This document shows, one piece after another, positions 7,935 through 17,508 of a stretch of DNA of 45,965 bases. The position numbers were made by a program, and so were the translations under genes. Every line of letters starts with the position of its first letter. The stretch's first letter is position 1. The notes beneath the pieces were generated by a model, which made no database searches, was not told the origin of the DNA, and was given only the letters and a program-made list of their open reading frames with translations. Source of the DNA: Leucobacter sp. (GTDB lineage: Bacteria > Actinomycetota > Actinomycetes > Actinomycetales > Microbacteriaceae). The DNA lies in assembly GCA_020439035.1 (NCBI GenBank), contig JAGQTL010000025.1, positions 1 to 45,965 of the forward strand, in the 5' to 3' direction.

Positions 7935-9473
7935 ATGGAACACTCGCAGACGGCCGAGACGACGACGAGGCGCCAGCGTCCGCAGACCGGCGCCGAATAC
8001 CTCGAGAGCCTGCGCGATGACCGGGAGGTCTGGATCTACGGCGAGCGCGTCGAGGACGTGACGACGCACCCCGCGTTCCGCAACTCGGCGCAATCGCTCG
8101 CCGAACTCTTCGACGCGTTCGACGATCCGCGCTACAGCGGCAAGCTGCTCGTGCCGACCGACACCGGCAGCGGCGGGATGACCCATGCGTTCTTCCGCGC
8201 GTCGCGCAGCCAGGACGACCTGCGTGCGGGCCGCGATGCCACGGAGGTGTGGCAGCGCCTCGGCTTCGGATGGATGGGCCGCACGCCCGACTACAAGGCC
8301 GCGCTCGTGACGGGCTTCGGCACGAACCCCGAGTGGTTCGGGGAATTCGCCGACAACGCGCGCTACTGGTACCGGCGGACGCAGGAGGAGGTGCTCCACA
8401 TCGGCCACGCCATCGTGCACCCGCCGGTGGATCGCGCGAAGGGTCCGGACCAGGTGCGCGACGTGTTCGTGCATGTGGACCGCGAGACCGATGCGGGCCT
8501 GATCATCAGCGGGGCGAAGGTCGTGGCGACCGGCTCGCCGCTCACCCAGTACATCTACGTCTCCCACTTCGGCGTGCCGCTCGACAACAAGGACTTCTCG
8601 GTCGTCTTCCTCGCGCCGACCAATGGCCCCGGCGTGAAGATGTTCGCGCGCGCCTCCTACGAGGAGGTCGCCGCGCGCACGGCCAACCCGATGATGTACC
8701 CGCTCTCGAGCCGGCTCGACGAGAACGATGCGATCCTCGTGTTCGACGAGGCGCTGATCCCGTGGGAGAACGTCCTCGTCTACGACACGGACCGGGTCAA
8801 CAGGCTCGACCCCGAGAGCCGACGCCAGACGCGCGGCATCTTCCAGGCATCGACACGACTCGGCGTCAAGCTCGACTTCCTCGCGGGCGCGCTCAGCAAG
8901 GCGCTCGATATCACCGGAACCGGCTCGTTCCGCGGCGTGCAGGCCGCGCTCGGCGAGGTGATCGGCACGCGTCACGTGGTGCACGGCCTTCGCGACGGCA
9001 TGATCGAGCGCGCGGAGCCGGGCTGGGGCGACGGCCTCGACCCCCATTTCGGCTACGGCATCGCCTACGCGGCGCTCGCACCGAAGCTCTACAGCCGCGC
9101 GCGGGCGATCATCGAGGAGACGGTGGCCTCGGGCATTCTGGAGCACGCGATCAGCGGCCTGGAGCTCGACGATCCGGAGCTCTCGCCGCTCGTCAATCGC
9201 TTCCTGCGCGGGAGCGGCGACCGTTCGGCGCTCGACCGCGCGAAGATCATGCACCTGCTGTGGGACGCGGTCGGCTCCGAGTTCGGCGCCCGCCACGAGC
9301 TCTACGAGCTCAACTACTTCGGCGCGCCCGAGGCGAACAACCTCGGCTCGCTCGCGGTCGCCAAGAACGACGGCACGCTCGACGACATGCGCGGCCTCGT
9401 CGAGGAGTGCATGAGCCAGTACGATATCACGGGCTGGAAGAACGACCGCTTCTTCGACGGCACCGATCTCTGA
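7935..9473 (+). CDS. HpaB/PvcC/PheA1-family FADH2-dependent monooxygenase, oxygenase subunit (copy 1)
   Basis: TGAEYLESLRDDREV, VTTHPAFRN, GRTPDY, HAIVHPP, GAKVVATGS, SRLDENDA and RHELYELNY motifs; AAGGGG RBS. Confidence 0.93.
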   Translation: MEHSQTAETTTRRQRPQTGAEYLESLRDDREVWIYGERVEDVTTHPAFRNSAQSLAELFDAFDDPRYSGKLLVPTDTGSGGMTHAFFRASRSQDDLRAGRDATEVWQRLGFGWMGRTPDYKAALVTGFGTNPEWFGEFADNARYWYRRTQEEVLHIGHAIVHPPVDRAKGPDQVRDVFVHVDRETDAGLIISGAKVVATGSPLTQYIYVSHFGVPLDNKDFSVVFLAPTNGPGVKMFARASYEEVAARTANPMMYPLSSRLDENDAILVFDEALIPWENVLVYDTDRVNRLDPESRRQTRGIFQASTRLGVKLDFLAGALSKALDITGTGSFRGVQAALGEVIGTRHVVHGLRDGMIERAEPGWGDGLDPHFGYGIAYAALAPKLYSRARAIIEETVASGILEHAISGLELDDPELSPLVNRFLRGSGDRSALDRAKIMHLLWDAVGSEFGARHELYELNYFGAPEANNLGSLAVAKNDGTLDDMRGLVEECMSQYDITGWKNDRFFDGTDL

Positions 9474-9493
9474 CACACCGCGGGCGAGCCCGG

Positions 9494-9539
9494 CGGCCGG
9501 CCCCCGACGGTCGCCGAGCTTATCCGTCGGGTCCGGCCG
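9494..9539. terminator. GC-rich hairpin between convergent genes
   Basis: cggccggcccccgacgg / ccgtcgggtccggccg near-perfect stem, no U-tract. Confidence 0.45.
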
Positions 9540-9596
9540 AGTCGCCGGCCGGCCCTGCGGCACGAGCCGCTCGGCCGCGCCGCTGCAGGCGCCGGA

Positions 9597-10592
9597 TCAG
9601 CCGGCCGGCGAGAAGCGCAGCGGCGGAAGGTCGGAGAGCGTGTGCAGGCCGGGCGAGGCGGCGAGCGCCGTGTCGATGCGCGCGATCATCTGCGTGGCGG
9701 TGCTGACGAGTCCCTGCGTCGCGCTTGCGCGCAGCTCGACGTCGGGCGTGCCCGTGACGCGCCAGTGCTCGGTCGAGTGATCGCCGATCCGCGCGAGGTC
9801 GTGGAGCACGAGCGCGATGCCCTCCGCGGTCTCGAGCTCGACGGTGCGGGCGGAGCCCGCGATCGTTCCCGCCGGGATCGCGCGCTCGCCGTGCGGGAGC
9901 AGCGCGACCGCGTCGCCCTCGCGCACCGCCGGGCCGAGCGTCGCCCGTGCGCCGGTCACCGTCAGGCCGAGGCCGCGGGCGATCGCCTGGAGTGAGCTGA
10001 AGGCGGCGCCGGAGCCCGGCGCGTCGTCGTGCTCGACCGGGTAGTCGGCGGCCGGCCTGCCGAGCAGGGCCGCGACGCCGGCGTTGCTCGAACGCGCGGC
10101 GGCGAAGGGCCGGGTGCAGGTGCCTTCGAGCCGATCCAGGCGCGTCACGATGCCGGTGAGCGCGAGGGGCAGGTGCACCCAGAGCGCATCGACATGGCCG
10201 CTCGCGAGCACGGAGACGCCGTGCGCGCGGGCGAGCGCGTCGATCGACTCGGCACGCGCCGGGTCGCTCGCCCACGGGGCGAGCAGCTCTTCGCCGGCGC
10301 TGATCACGTGCGCACCCGCGGTGATGCACGCGACCAGGGCGCTTTCGGTCGCGGCGAGCGTCGAGGCGGTCGACATCAGCACGACGTCGGGCCGCGTTTC
10401 GGCGAGCGCGCCCGCGAGGTCGCCGCGCACCGCGATCCCCACGGGGTTGAGGCCGGCGAGTTCGCCGACATCCCGCCCCACGGCGGCTCCGCGCCCGATC
10501 ACCGCCACGAGCTCGTGGCCGCGATCGCGCAGCCGGGGCGCGACCAGCCGGGTCACCTGCCCGGCGCCCACGAGCGCGACGCGCGCGCTCAC
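9597..10592 (-). CDS. NAD(P)-dependent amine dehydrogenase / 2,4-diaminopentanoate dehydrogenase (DapB-like) family
   Basis: Rossmann VALVGAGQV, GRDVGELAG, CITAGAHVISAGEEL..PW, IDALARAHGVSVLASG, and C-terminal A.PGLHT..DLP. Confidence 0.75.
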   Translation of the reverse strand: MSARVALVGAGQVTRLVAPRLRDRGHELVAVIGRGAAVGRDVGELAGLNPVGIAVRGDLAGALAETRPDVVLMSTASTLAATESALVACITAGAHVISAGEELLAPWASDPARAESIDALARAHGVSVLASGHVDALWVHLPLALTGIVTRLDRLEGTCTRPFAAARSSNAGVAALLGRPAADYPVEHDDAPGSGAAFSSLQAIARGLGLTVTGARATLGPAVREGDAVALLPHGERAIPAGTIAGSARTVELETAEGIALVLHDLARIGDHSTEHWRVTGTPDVELRASATQGLVSTATQMIARIDTALAASPGLHTLSDLPPLRFSPAG

Positions 10593-11413
10593 GGCTCGAC
10601 CGGGGTGGCGGCGCCCGCGAGTTCCTCGTCGGTGAGGAAGCGGCCGTGCTCCGGGCTGAACGCCCCGAAAACGCCCGATCCGCGCCGCGGCTGCTCGCGC
10701 AGCCCGAATGTCGCCCCCGTCGGGTCGATGAGCGTCGCGTACCGGGTCTCGAACAGCGACTCGTCGATCGGCACGGTCACCCGCGCGCCGTAGGCCACCG
10801 AGGTCTCGACCGCGCGGTGGATGTCGTCGACCTGGAAGTACGGGATCCAGTGCGATTCGGTGGTCTCGCGGAAGAAGCTCGTCATGTCGACCACGCCGGC
10901 AAGGCCGGTCTCGTTCGCGAACAGGACCCGGTAGCTGTAGGGGTCATCGGGCACCGCGACCTGCTCGAGGTCGAGCACACGGGTGTAGAACGCGCACGAG
11001 CTCTCGATCTCGCGGGTGCAGAGTTCGAGCATCATGCGCAGTTCGCGCGCAATACGCTCATCGCCGGGCTTGCGCTCGGTGATGACGATCTGCGAGCGAT
11101 CCGGCGCGGTGATGAGGAGGTTCTCGCCCAGGCTCGCCTCGTGCGAGTAGTCACCGCCCAGCTCGCGCACCCGCTGCTTGACCGATTCCAGATCGTCGGA
11201 CACCGCGCGGGGCAGCCACTTCGCCGGCGCATCGGCATCGGGAACGATGAGGCCCCAGGTCGCTGCCCCGAGGTTCCTGCTGTCGGCGGCAATGACCGTG
11301 GTCTCCGCGCCGAGGACGCCATTGTAGAAGTCGCGGATGTGCTCTGCCCGGCTCGAGCGCAGCATCGGAACGCGCAGCTCGGTGAGCAACCTGGTTTCGT
11401 GAACGGAAGTCAT
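10589..11413 (-). CDS. Two-domain VOC/glyoxalase protein (Rv0577/DnrV-like)
   Basis: DFYNGVLG, AFYTRVL, HWIPYFQVDD and LIDPTGATFGL motifs. Confidence 0.8.
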   Translation of the reverse strand: MTSVHETRLLTELRVPMLRSSRAEHIRDFYNGVLGAETTVIAADSRNLGAATWGLIVPDADAPAKWLPRAVSDDLESVKQRVRELGGDYSHEASLGENLLITAPDRSQIVITERKPGDERIARELRMMLELCTREIESSCAFYTRVLDLEQVAVPDDPYSYRVLFANETGLAGVVDMTSFFRETTESHWIPYFQVDDIHRAVETSVAYGARVTVPIDESLFETRYATLIDPTGATFGLREQPRRGSGVFGAFSPEHGRFLTDEELAGAATPVEP

Positions 11414-11420
11414 GGGTGTC

Positions 11421-12611
11421 TCAACTTCGGGACGTCGGTGGGTGGATTTCGGAGGCGAGGGGGTTCAGCGTGTCCGGGCGGCCGGCCTGCGGCGTAACCT
11501 GCACGCCCGCGCCGATCACGGCGACCCAGAAGTGCATCTTGTTCTGGAAGGATGCGAGGGAGCGGCCGGTCAGCGACTCGATCTGTGCGATGCGGTAGCG
11601 CAGCGTGTTGCGGTGCACGAAGAGCTCGGCCGCGGTGCGCTGGCTGGAGCAGTCGAGCGCCAGGAAGGTCGCGAGGGTCAGCACCAGGTCGCCGTGATTC
11701 TGCTCGTCGTAGCGCACGAGCGGGGTCAGCACCTCATCGCTCAGCGTCTTCAGCGGCAGATCGAGGTTCGCGAGGAGGAGCAGGGACCCCAGATTGAGGC
11801 TCATCTCGTCGGTGATGCCCGGGCCGCTCGCTGCGGCCGTTCTTGCGTGGTAGTAGCTGAGGCGGAGGCCCGAGAGCCCTTTGAACACACCGCCGATGCC
11901 GACGCGAGGGTCCGGCCCGAGCCGCGAGAGCCGCTCGTGCGCGACCTCGGCGACGACCCTGGCCGGCGCGGCCGCCGGCACGACGAGCACGACGTACCCG
12001 TCGATGAGCGCGCGGATATAGGGATCTCGGCCGCTGCCGACGAGGGTGTGGAGATTCCAGGGGAAGGATCGCAGCCGGGCCGGCGACGTGTCGACGAGCC
12101 CGCAGATCACACGGTAATCCGTATCGGGATCGATGCCGATCTCGGCGAAGCGGCGGGTCGCGTCCTCATCGGGGAGCCGCGCGGTGAAGAAGTCCTCGAG
12201 GACCTGCGCCACGAGTTCACGCTTGCCCTCGAGCCGCGCGTTCATGCGCGAGAGGTACAGGGAGACGAGGTCGGCCGCGAAGTGGCACACCCCGCCAGGA
12301 TCGCTGTCGAGGCGGGCGGCGAGGAACGCCACCGGTTCGCCTTCGACCAGGAGTGGGTAGACGACGAGCCCGGTGTCCGACGCGTCCGTGGCGCGGCGGA
12401 GGATCTCGTCGGGGTCCCACTCGGCACGGCTCGGCGTCGAGGCGAGGAAGCTGCCGCGGGTATCGATCACGCACACCGGGGTCTGCGCGGCTGCGGAGAG
12501 CACCGAGACGATGCTGCTGAAGTCGAACTCGGCGCGTGCGGCACGGGCGAGGCGCTGCAGGGTCTCGGCGATCCATGTCGCATCCCGCGCGGGCGCCGCC
12601 GTCTCGCTCAT
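11421..12611 (-). CDS. PucR/CdaR-family transcriptional regulator
   Basis: C-terminal HTH TAAELFVHRNTLRYRIAQIESLTGRSL; LTPLVRYDEQNHGDLVLTL; degenerate GGDEF-like middle region. Confidence 0.92.
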   Translation of the reverse strand: MSETAAPARDATWIAETLQRLARAARAEFDFSSIVSVLSAAAQTPVCVIDTRGSFLASTPSRAEWDPDEILRRATDASDTGLVVYPLLVEGEPVAFLAARLDSDPGGVCHFAADLVSLYLSRMNARLEGKRELVAQVLEDFFTARLPDEDATRRFAEIGIDPDTDYRVICGLVDTSPARLRSFPWNLHTLVGSGRDPYIRALIDGYVVLVVPAAAPARVVAEVAHERLSRLGPDPRVGIGGVFKGLSGLRLSYYHARTAAASGPGITDEMSLNLGSLLLLANLDLPLKTLSDEVLTPLVRYDEQNHGDLVLTLATFLALDCSSQRTAAELFVHRNTLRYRIAQIESLTGRSLASFQNKMHFWVAVIGAGVQVTPQAGRPDTLNPLASEIHPPTSRS

Positions 12612-12668
12612 AAGTACTCAGTATTGCCACTCCGCCGAGGGGGAACAAGTGCGGACCGGGCCTTGGCG

Positions 12669-12743
12669 CTATGCAGTCGCACGGGTCATCCGCGCACGGC
12701 TGTGCACTTGTTGCATGCGATGCGGCGGGGGATCGGTCATCGT
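12669..12743 (+). promoter_or_regulatory. Candidate activator site pair plus -10 upstream of the peptide-ABC operon
   Basis: ctatgcagtcgcacgg (12669), ctgtgcacttgttgca (12700) and CATCGT (12738), divergent from the PucR gene. Confidence 0.35.
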
Positions 12744-12808
12744 TGTCTTTCAGGAGAGGTTTCACTTCTTTTACGAGACATGGGTGTCGACGCTGTGGAG
12801 GCGAGCGA

Positions 12809-13762
12809 GTGGTCAGACGAATCGCGATATTACTGGGACTGGGACTGCTCACCCTCTTCGCTATTTCGGTCATCGTCTTCGGCGCGACCCAGGCTCTGCC
12901 CGGTGACATCACCGTGCAGTTGCTCGGCGTGCAGACGACTCCGGAAGCCGTGGCGCAGCTGCGCGAACAGCTCGGCCTCGATCGCCCGGTGATCGAGCAG
13001 TACTTCACCTGGATCAGCGGCGTGCTGCAGGGCGATTTCGGCACCTCCCTCGCGAATCAGCTGCCCGTCGCGACGCTGATGAGCTCGCGACTGATCAACA
13101 CGCTGGTGCTCGCCGGCATCTCGCTGCTCATCACGGTCCCGGTGGCGATCCTCGTCGGCACGATCGCCGCCCGCTACCGGGACTCGTGGTTCGACCGCGG
13201 CCTCGTCGCCGTGACGACCATCATCTCGGGCATCCCCGAGTTCGTCATCGGCATCCTGCTCGTCTCCGTCGTGATCTTCTTCAAGTTCACGGCCATTCCT
13301 CCGGTCTCGACGCTCGACCCCGGGAAATCGATCTGGGAGCAGGGCAACATGCTGGTGCTCCCCGTGATCACGCTCGTGCTCACCGCGGTGCCGCTGCTCG
13401 CCCGCATGGTGCGCAGCACGGTGGTGGAGCAGCTCGACGCGGAATACATCGTGATGGGTCGCCTGAACGGGCTGCCGACCCGCAACCTCGTGCTGCAGCA
13501 GGCGCTGCCGAACGCGTTCCCGCCGCTTATCCAGTCGGTCGCGCTCGTCACCCGCTACCTCGTCGCCGGCGTCGTGATGGTCGAGGTCGTCTTCGGGTTC
13601 CCCGGGATGGGCACCGCGCTCATCGACTCCGTTGCGCTGCGGGATCTGCCGACCGTGCAGTTCGTCGCGCTCGCGCTCGCCGCGGTGATCGTCGCCGCGA
13701 ACATCCTCGCGGATCTCTTCGCGACCCTGGCCACCCCGAAACTGAGGACGGCGCTCTCATGA
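12809..13762 (+). CDS. Peptide/nickel ABC transporter permease (DppB-like)
   Basis: LPGD, LREQLGLDRP, GDFGTS, LARMVRS...EY..MGRLNGL, VMVEVVFGFPGMG; GGAGG RBS before GTG 12809. Confidence 0.93.
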   Translation: MVRRIAILLGLGLLTLFAISVIVFGATQALPGDITVQLLGVQTTPEAVAQLREQLGLDRPVIEQYFTWISGVLQGDFGTSLANQLPVATLMSSRLINTLVLAGISLLITVPVAILVGTIAARYRDSWFDRGLVAVTTIISGIPEFVIGILLVSVVIFFKFTAIPPVSTLDPGKSIWEQGNMLVLPVITLVLTAVPLLARMVRSTVVEQLDAEYIVMGRLNGLPTRNLVLQQALPNAFPPLIQSVALVTRYLVAGVVMVEVVFGFPGMGTALIDSVALRDLPTVQFVALALAAVIVAANILADLFATLATPKLRTALS

Positions 13763-14640
13763 CCACGTCGCAGATTGCCGTGCTGCCGGCCACGCGCAAC
13801 AACTCGTCCGCCAAGCGGCTGCTGCTTCGCACGCTCTCCTACCCGCGCACCGTGGTCGGCCTGGTACTGGCGGTCATCGTGATTCTCATCGCGGCCATCG
13901 GCCCGATGCTCGCGCCGAACGACCCGAACGCCCTGCTCACCATGCCCGGAACCCCGCCGGCCGAGGGCTTCCCGCTCGGCGGCGACGTGCTCGGCCGCGA
14001 CGTGCTCTCGCGCTTCCTCGCCGGCGGCGCGATGATCCTCGCGATCAGTGCCCTCGCCACGCTCGTCGGCAGCGTCGTCGGCGTCGTGATCGGCCTCTTC
14101 GTCGGCGCCGGGAGTACGAAGAGCGGGGCCGCGCTCTCCTGGGTCACCGACGTGCTGCTCTCGTTCCCGCAGATCGTGCTGCCGCTGCTCTTCATCGCCC
14201 GCTTCGGGCCCGAGCCCTGGCTCTTGGTGCTGGTCGTCGCGCTCAACCAGTTCCCGCAGACGACTCGCCTCGTGAAGTCGATCACCGCCGAGGTGTACGA
14301 GCGCGACTTCGTGAAGGTCGCGGAGGCGGTGGGGATGCCCAAGTGGAAGATCCTCTTCCGCGAGGTGCTGCCGAACACACTCTCGCCGATCTTCGTCGAC
14401 GTCGCCTTCCGCTTCTCGTACGCGATCGCCCTCGTGGCCTCGCTGAGCTTCATCGGTTTCGGCGCGCAGCCGCCGGATCCCGACTGGGGGCGCATGATCT
14501 ACGAGAACAAGGGCTTCTTCTCGCTGCAGCCCTGGGGCGTTCTCGCCCCCATGCTCGCGGTGCTCGTGCTTACCCTCGGCGCCCACCTCGTCTCGGATGG
14601 CCTCGCCCGTGCACTCGGCAAGGGCGACCCGAGCAAGTAG
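13759..14640 (+). CDS. Peptide/nickel ABC transporter permease (DppC-like)
   Basis: PLGGDVLGRDVLSR, RDFVKVAEAVG, EVLPN, LSFIGFGAQPPDPDWGRMI; ATGA overlap with the previous gene. Confidence 0.93.
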   Translation: MTTSQIAVLPATRNNSSAKRLLLRTLSYPRTVVGLVLAVIVILIAAIGPMLAPNDPNALLTMPGTPPAEGFPLGGDVLGRDVLSRFLAGGAMILAISALATLVGSVVGVVIGLFVGAGSTKSGAALSWVTDVLLSFPQIVLPLLFIARFGPEPWLLVLVVALNQFPQTTRLVKSITAEVYERDFVKVAEAVGMPKWKILFREVLPNTLSPIFVDVAFRFSYAIALVASLSFIGFGAQPPDPDWGRMIYENKGFFSLQPWGVLAPMLAVLVLTLGAHLVSDGLARALGKGDPSK

Positions 14641-14711
14641 ACCGACCCCCGGGTCGCAGACGTTCCACCAATCCACGAAGAATCACCCACAACCGACAGG
14701 AGATCACTCAC

Positions 14712-16301
14712 ATGTCACCCTCGAATGCATCGTTCCTGAACCAGCCGATGAGCCGACGTGCGCTCCTCGGCGGTACGGGAGTCCTCGCAGCAACGTCGCT
14801 GCTCGCTTCGTGCGCGAGCCCGTCGCCGTCGCCCACGCCGGGCGGCGGTGGAACGGGAACGCCCTCCACGGGCGGACTCTTCCGCATCGGCTACCTCGGC
14901 GGATCCGGCGCCGACCAGATCGACCCGATTCTCGCCTCGGGCAGCCCGGACGCGATGCGTCTGCGCCAGCTCTACAGCAACCTCGCCCTGTACGGAGAGG
15001 ACGGTGCGGTCGCGCCGAGCCTCGCCGAGTCGATCACGCAGGAGGGCGTGAACACCTGGGTCGTGCGCCTGCGCGACGGAGTCACGTTCCACAGCGGCAA
15101 GACGCTCGACGCCGATGACCTGATTTTCTCGATCCAGCGCATCCTGGGCCCGGACTCGCACAACACCGGCACCCTCGGGATGATCGACCCGAACGGCCTG
15201 AAGAAGCTCGACAACCTCACGGTCGAGCTGACGCTGAGCACTCCCGCATACTACCTGCCCGAGTCCTTCACCCAGGTCTCCGCGAGCATCGTGCCGGTCG
15301 ACTTCGACCCGGCGAACCCGGTGGGCACGGGCCCCTTCAAGCTCAAGTCGTTCACTCCGGGCGAGAAGGTCGAGTTCGTGCGGTTCGACGATTACTGGGG
15401 CGATGTCGCGAAGGTCGACGAGCTCAGCATCCAGACCTTCAAGGACGAGGCCGCGCGCGTGGCCGCGCTCCAGGGCGGCCAGATCGATCACGCGCCGCTG
15501 CTCGCCGCGTCGTTCACCGGCGTGGTGCAGGGTGCCAGCAACCTGACGCTCCACAACTACGCGAGCGGCCGCTTCGAGAACGTCGTGCTGCAGACCACGA
15601 GCCCCGAGTTCAAGAACCCCGAGGTGCGGCGCGCCATGCGCATGCTGGTCAACCGCCAGCAGATCGTGGATCAGGTCTACGGCGGCTTCGCGTCGATCGG
15701 CAACGACATCCCGGAGCCGAGCAGCGTCTACTACAACAAGGATCTGCCGCAGTGGGAGCACGATATCGACGAGGCGATGTCGATCCTCAAGAGCGCGGGT
15801 GCGGCCGACATGCAGCTCGAGTTCGTCGCGGCCGACCTCACGCCGACCACGGTGAACATGGCACAGGCCGTCACGCAGCAGTTCGTCGAGGCCGGCATCG
15901 ACACCAAGATGAAGCAGATCGAGGCATCGGCGTACTACAGCCCGGATTCGGGGTTCGGCACGCCGGATCGCGCGCTCTCGCTCGACATCTGGGGCGGGTG
16001 GTCGTTCGCGACGTTCACCAACCTGTCGCAGTTGCCGGGCGCCGACTTCAACGAGAGCAGCTGGGAGAACCAGGACTTCCTCTCGGCCTACAAGGCGGCG
16101 AGCAACACAGTCGACGAGGCCGAGCGCAAGAAGCACCTCGCCGACGCGCAGGAGATCATGCACAGCGAGAGCGGCACGATCATCCCGGCGTTCATCGATG
16201 TGCTCGACGTCTACGGGAGCAACGTGCAGGGGTACAAGACGGACCCGCTCGGCCTCGGCGGCGGCGACTTCAACTACACCGGCATCAGCTTCACGAGCTG
16301 A
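14712..16301 (+). CDS. Family-5 ABC substrate-binding protein, predicted Tat lipoprotein
   Basis: SRRALLG twin-arginine, LASC lipobox, LRDGVTFHSG, PVGTGPFKL and VRRAMRMLVNR; CAGGAG RBS. Confidence 0.92.
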   Translation: MSPSNASFLNQPMSRRALLGGTGVLAATSLLASCASPSPSPTPGGGGTGTPSTGGLFRIGYLGGSGADQIDPILASGSPDAMRLRQLYSNLALYGEDGAVAPSLAESITQEGVNTWVVRLRDGVTFHSGKTLDADDLIFSIQRILGPDSHNTGTLGMIDPNGLKKLDNLTVELTLSTPAYYLPESFTQVSASIVPVDFDPANPVGTGPFKLKSFTPGEKVEFVRFDDYWGDVAKVDELSIQTFKDEAARVAALQGGQIDHAPLLAASFTGVVQGASNLTLHNYASGRFENVVLQTTSPEFKNPEVRRAMRMLVNRQQIVDQVYGGFASIGNDIPEPSSVYYNKDLPQWEHDIDEAMSILKSAGAADMQLEFVAADLTPTTVNMAQAVTQQFVEAGIDTKMKQIEASAYYSPDSGFGTPDRALSLDIWGGWSFATFTNLSQLPGADFNESSWENQDFLSAYKAASNTVDEAERKKHLADAQEIMHSESGTIIPAFIDVLDVYGSNVQGYKTDPLGLGGGDFNYTGISFTS

Positions 16302-16318
16302 TCGGATTCGCACCCGGT

Positions 16319-16352
16319 GGCGGGGCCCCGGTCGATGAGACCGGGCCCCGCC
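16319..16352 (+). terminator. Intercistronic stem-loop after the SBP gene (attenuator or mRNA stabiliser)
   Basis: ggcggggccccggtc-gatga-gaccgggccccgcc, 14-bp stem with one bulge. Confidence 0.6.
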
Positions 16353-16383
16353 CATGGCCGCACAAGACGAGGATGGAGATCCG

Positions 16384-17418
16384 ATGACGCAGGAATCGCG
16401 CCCGACGGCGCTCGCGACGCTCGACACGCATGTCGCCGGCGAGCCGGCGAGGATCGTGCTGAACGCGGCCGAACTGCTTCGGGGCGAGACCCCCGGTGCG
16501 CGGCGCGAGGATCTGCTCACCCGGCAATCGTGGATCCGCACGGGGCTCATGCGCGAGCCCCGGGGCCACCGCGATATGTTCGGCGTCATCGTCGTCCCGC
16601 CGAGCGACCCCGCGACGGCCGACGTCGGAGCCGTCTACATGGAGCACGACGGGTGCCCGATGACTTGCGGTCACGGCACGATCGGCCTCGTGTCGGCGAT
16701 CATCGAGCGGGGCATCGTGCCGGGGCTGGAGCGTGCCGACACGGTGCGGGTCGAGGCGCCGGGCGCGATCATCCCGGTCGCCGTGAATCGCGATGCGCGC
16801 GGCGGGCTCGCCTCCGTCGTGCTGAGGCAGCCGGCGATGCGCGTGGCTGCGCGCCCGGTGCTGCCGCATCCCGAGCGGGCGGGGGAGACGGTCGCCGCGG
16901 CGCTGCTGCAGGGACCGACCTGGGTGCTGCTCGTCGAGGAATCGGAACTCGGCGTCGCGATCGCCGAGACGGCGACGGAACGCCTGCTCGAACTGGTGCG
17001 CAGTCTGCGCGGCTCGGTGCTCGCGTGGCTCGAGACGCGGCCGTCGGAGCTCGGAGCCGACGCGAGCGAGGCAGCGCAGCACCTCGCCGGATCGCCGATC
17101 GGCATCCTCGGCGCGCCGACGCGCGATGACTGCGCCGTGCGCACCTTCGTCGGCTTCGGCGAGCGTTCGATCGATCGTTCGCCCTGCGGCACCGCAGTTT
17201 CCGCGCTCGTCGCGCTGCGTGCGAGCGACGGCGAGCTGGCTCCCGGCGACTGGATCGGGATCGAGGCCGTGAGCGGCGAGCGGTTCGACGCCGCGATCGC
17301 AGAGCACCCGGCAGACGGGAACGTCGCGGCGCACATCCGCGGCCGCGGGTACATCACGGGACAGGCGGAGTTCGAGTTCGACGAGGCGGATCCCTTCGCC
17401 GAGGGCTTCGAGCTGTAG
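16384..17418 (+). CDS. Proline racemase / hydroxyproline epimerase family (Cys/Cys type)
   Basis: DTHVAGEPARI, LMREPRGHRDMFG, TCGHGTIG and DRSPCGT motifs; C-terminal DPFAEGF. Confidence 0.9.
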   Translation: MTQESRPTALATLDTHVAGEPARIVLNAAELLRGETPGARREDLLTRQSWIRTGLMREPRGHRDMFGVIVVPPSDPATADVGAVYMEHDGCPMTCGHGTIGLVSAIIERGIVPGLERADTVRVEAPGAIIPVAVNRDARGGLASVVLRQPAMRVAARPVLPHPERAGETVAAALLQGPTWVLLVEESELGVAIAETATERLLELVRSLRGSVLAWLETRPSELGADASEAAQHLAGSPIGILGAPTRDDCAVRTFVGFGERSIDRSPCGTAVSALVALRASDGELAPGDWIGIEAVSGERFDAAIAEHPADGNVAAHIRGRGYITGQAEFEFDEADPFAEGFEL

Positions 17419-17508
17419 GCGCGGGCGGCGGTTCCGCGCGACCCCGATGCGGAACGATCCGGCCGGGCCCAAGACATCGAGATTCAACGAGAATATGGAA
17501 GAGAGTGA

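Noticed and set aside
6729..9563. Long antisense and alternate-frame ORFs (944 aa here; also 21183-23645, 23632-25905, 43922-45664 and others)
   Set aside because: They are shadows of real genes in high-GC DNA where stop codons are scarce, and they show no family motifs.
10589..11413. VOC protein as an extradiol ring-cleavage dioxygenase
   Set aside because: The His/His/Glu metal-ligand motifs of extradiol enzymes are not evident; the WIPYFQVDD and DPTGA motifs fit the Rv0577-like group.
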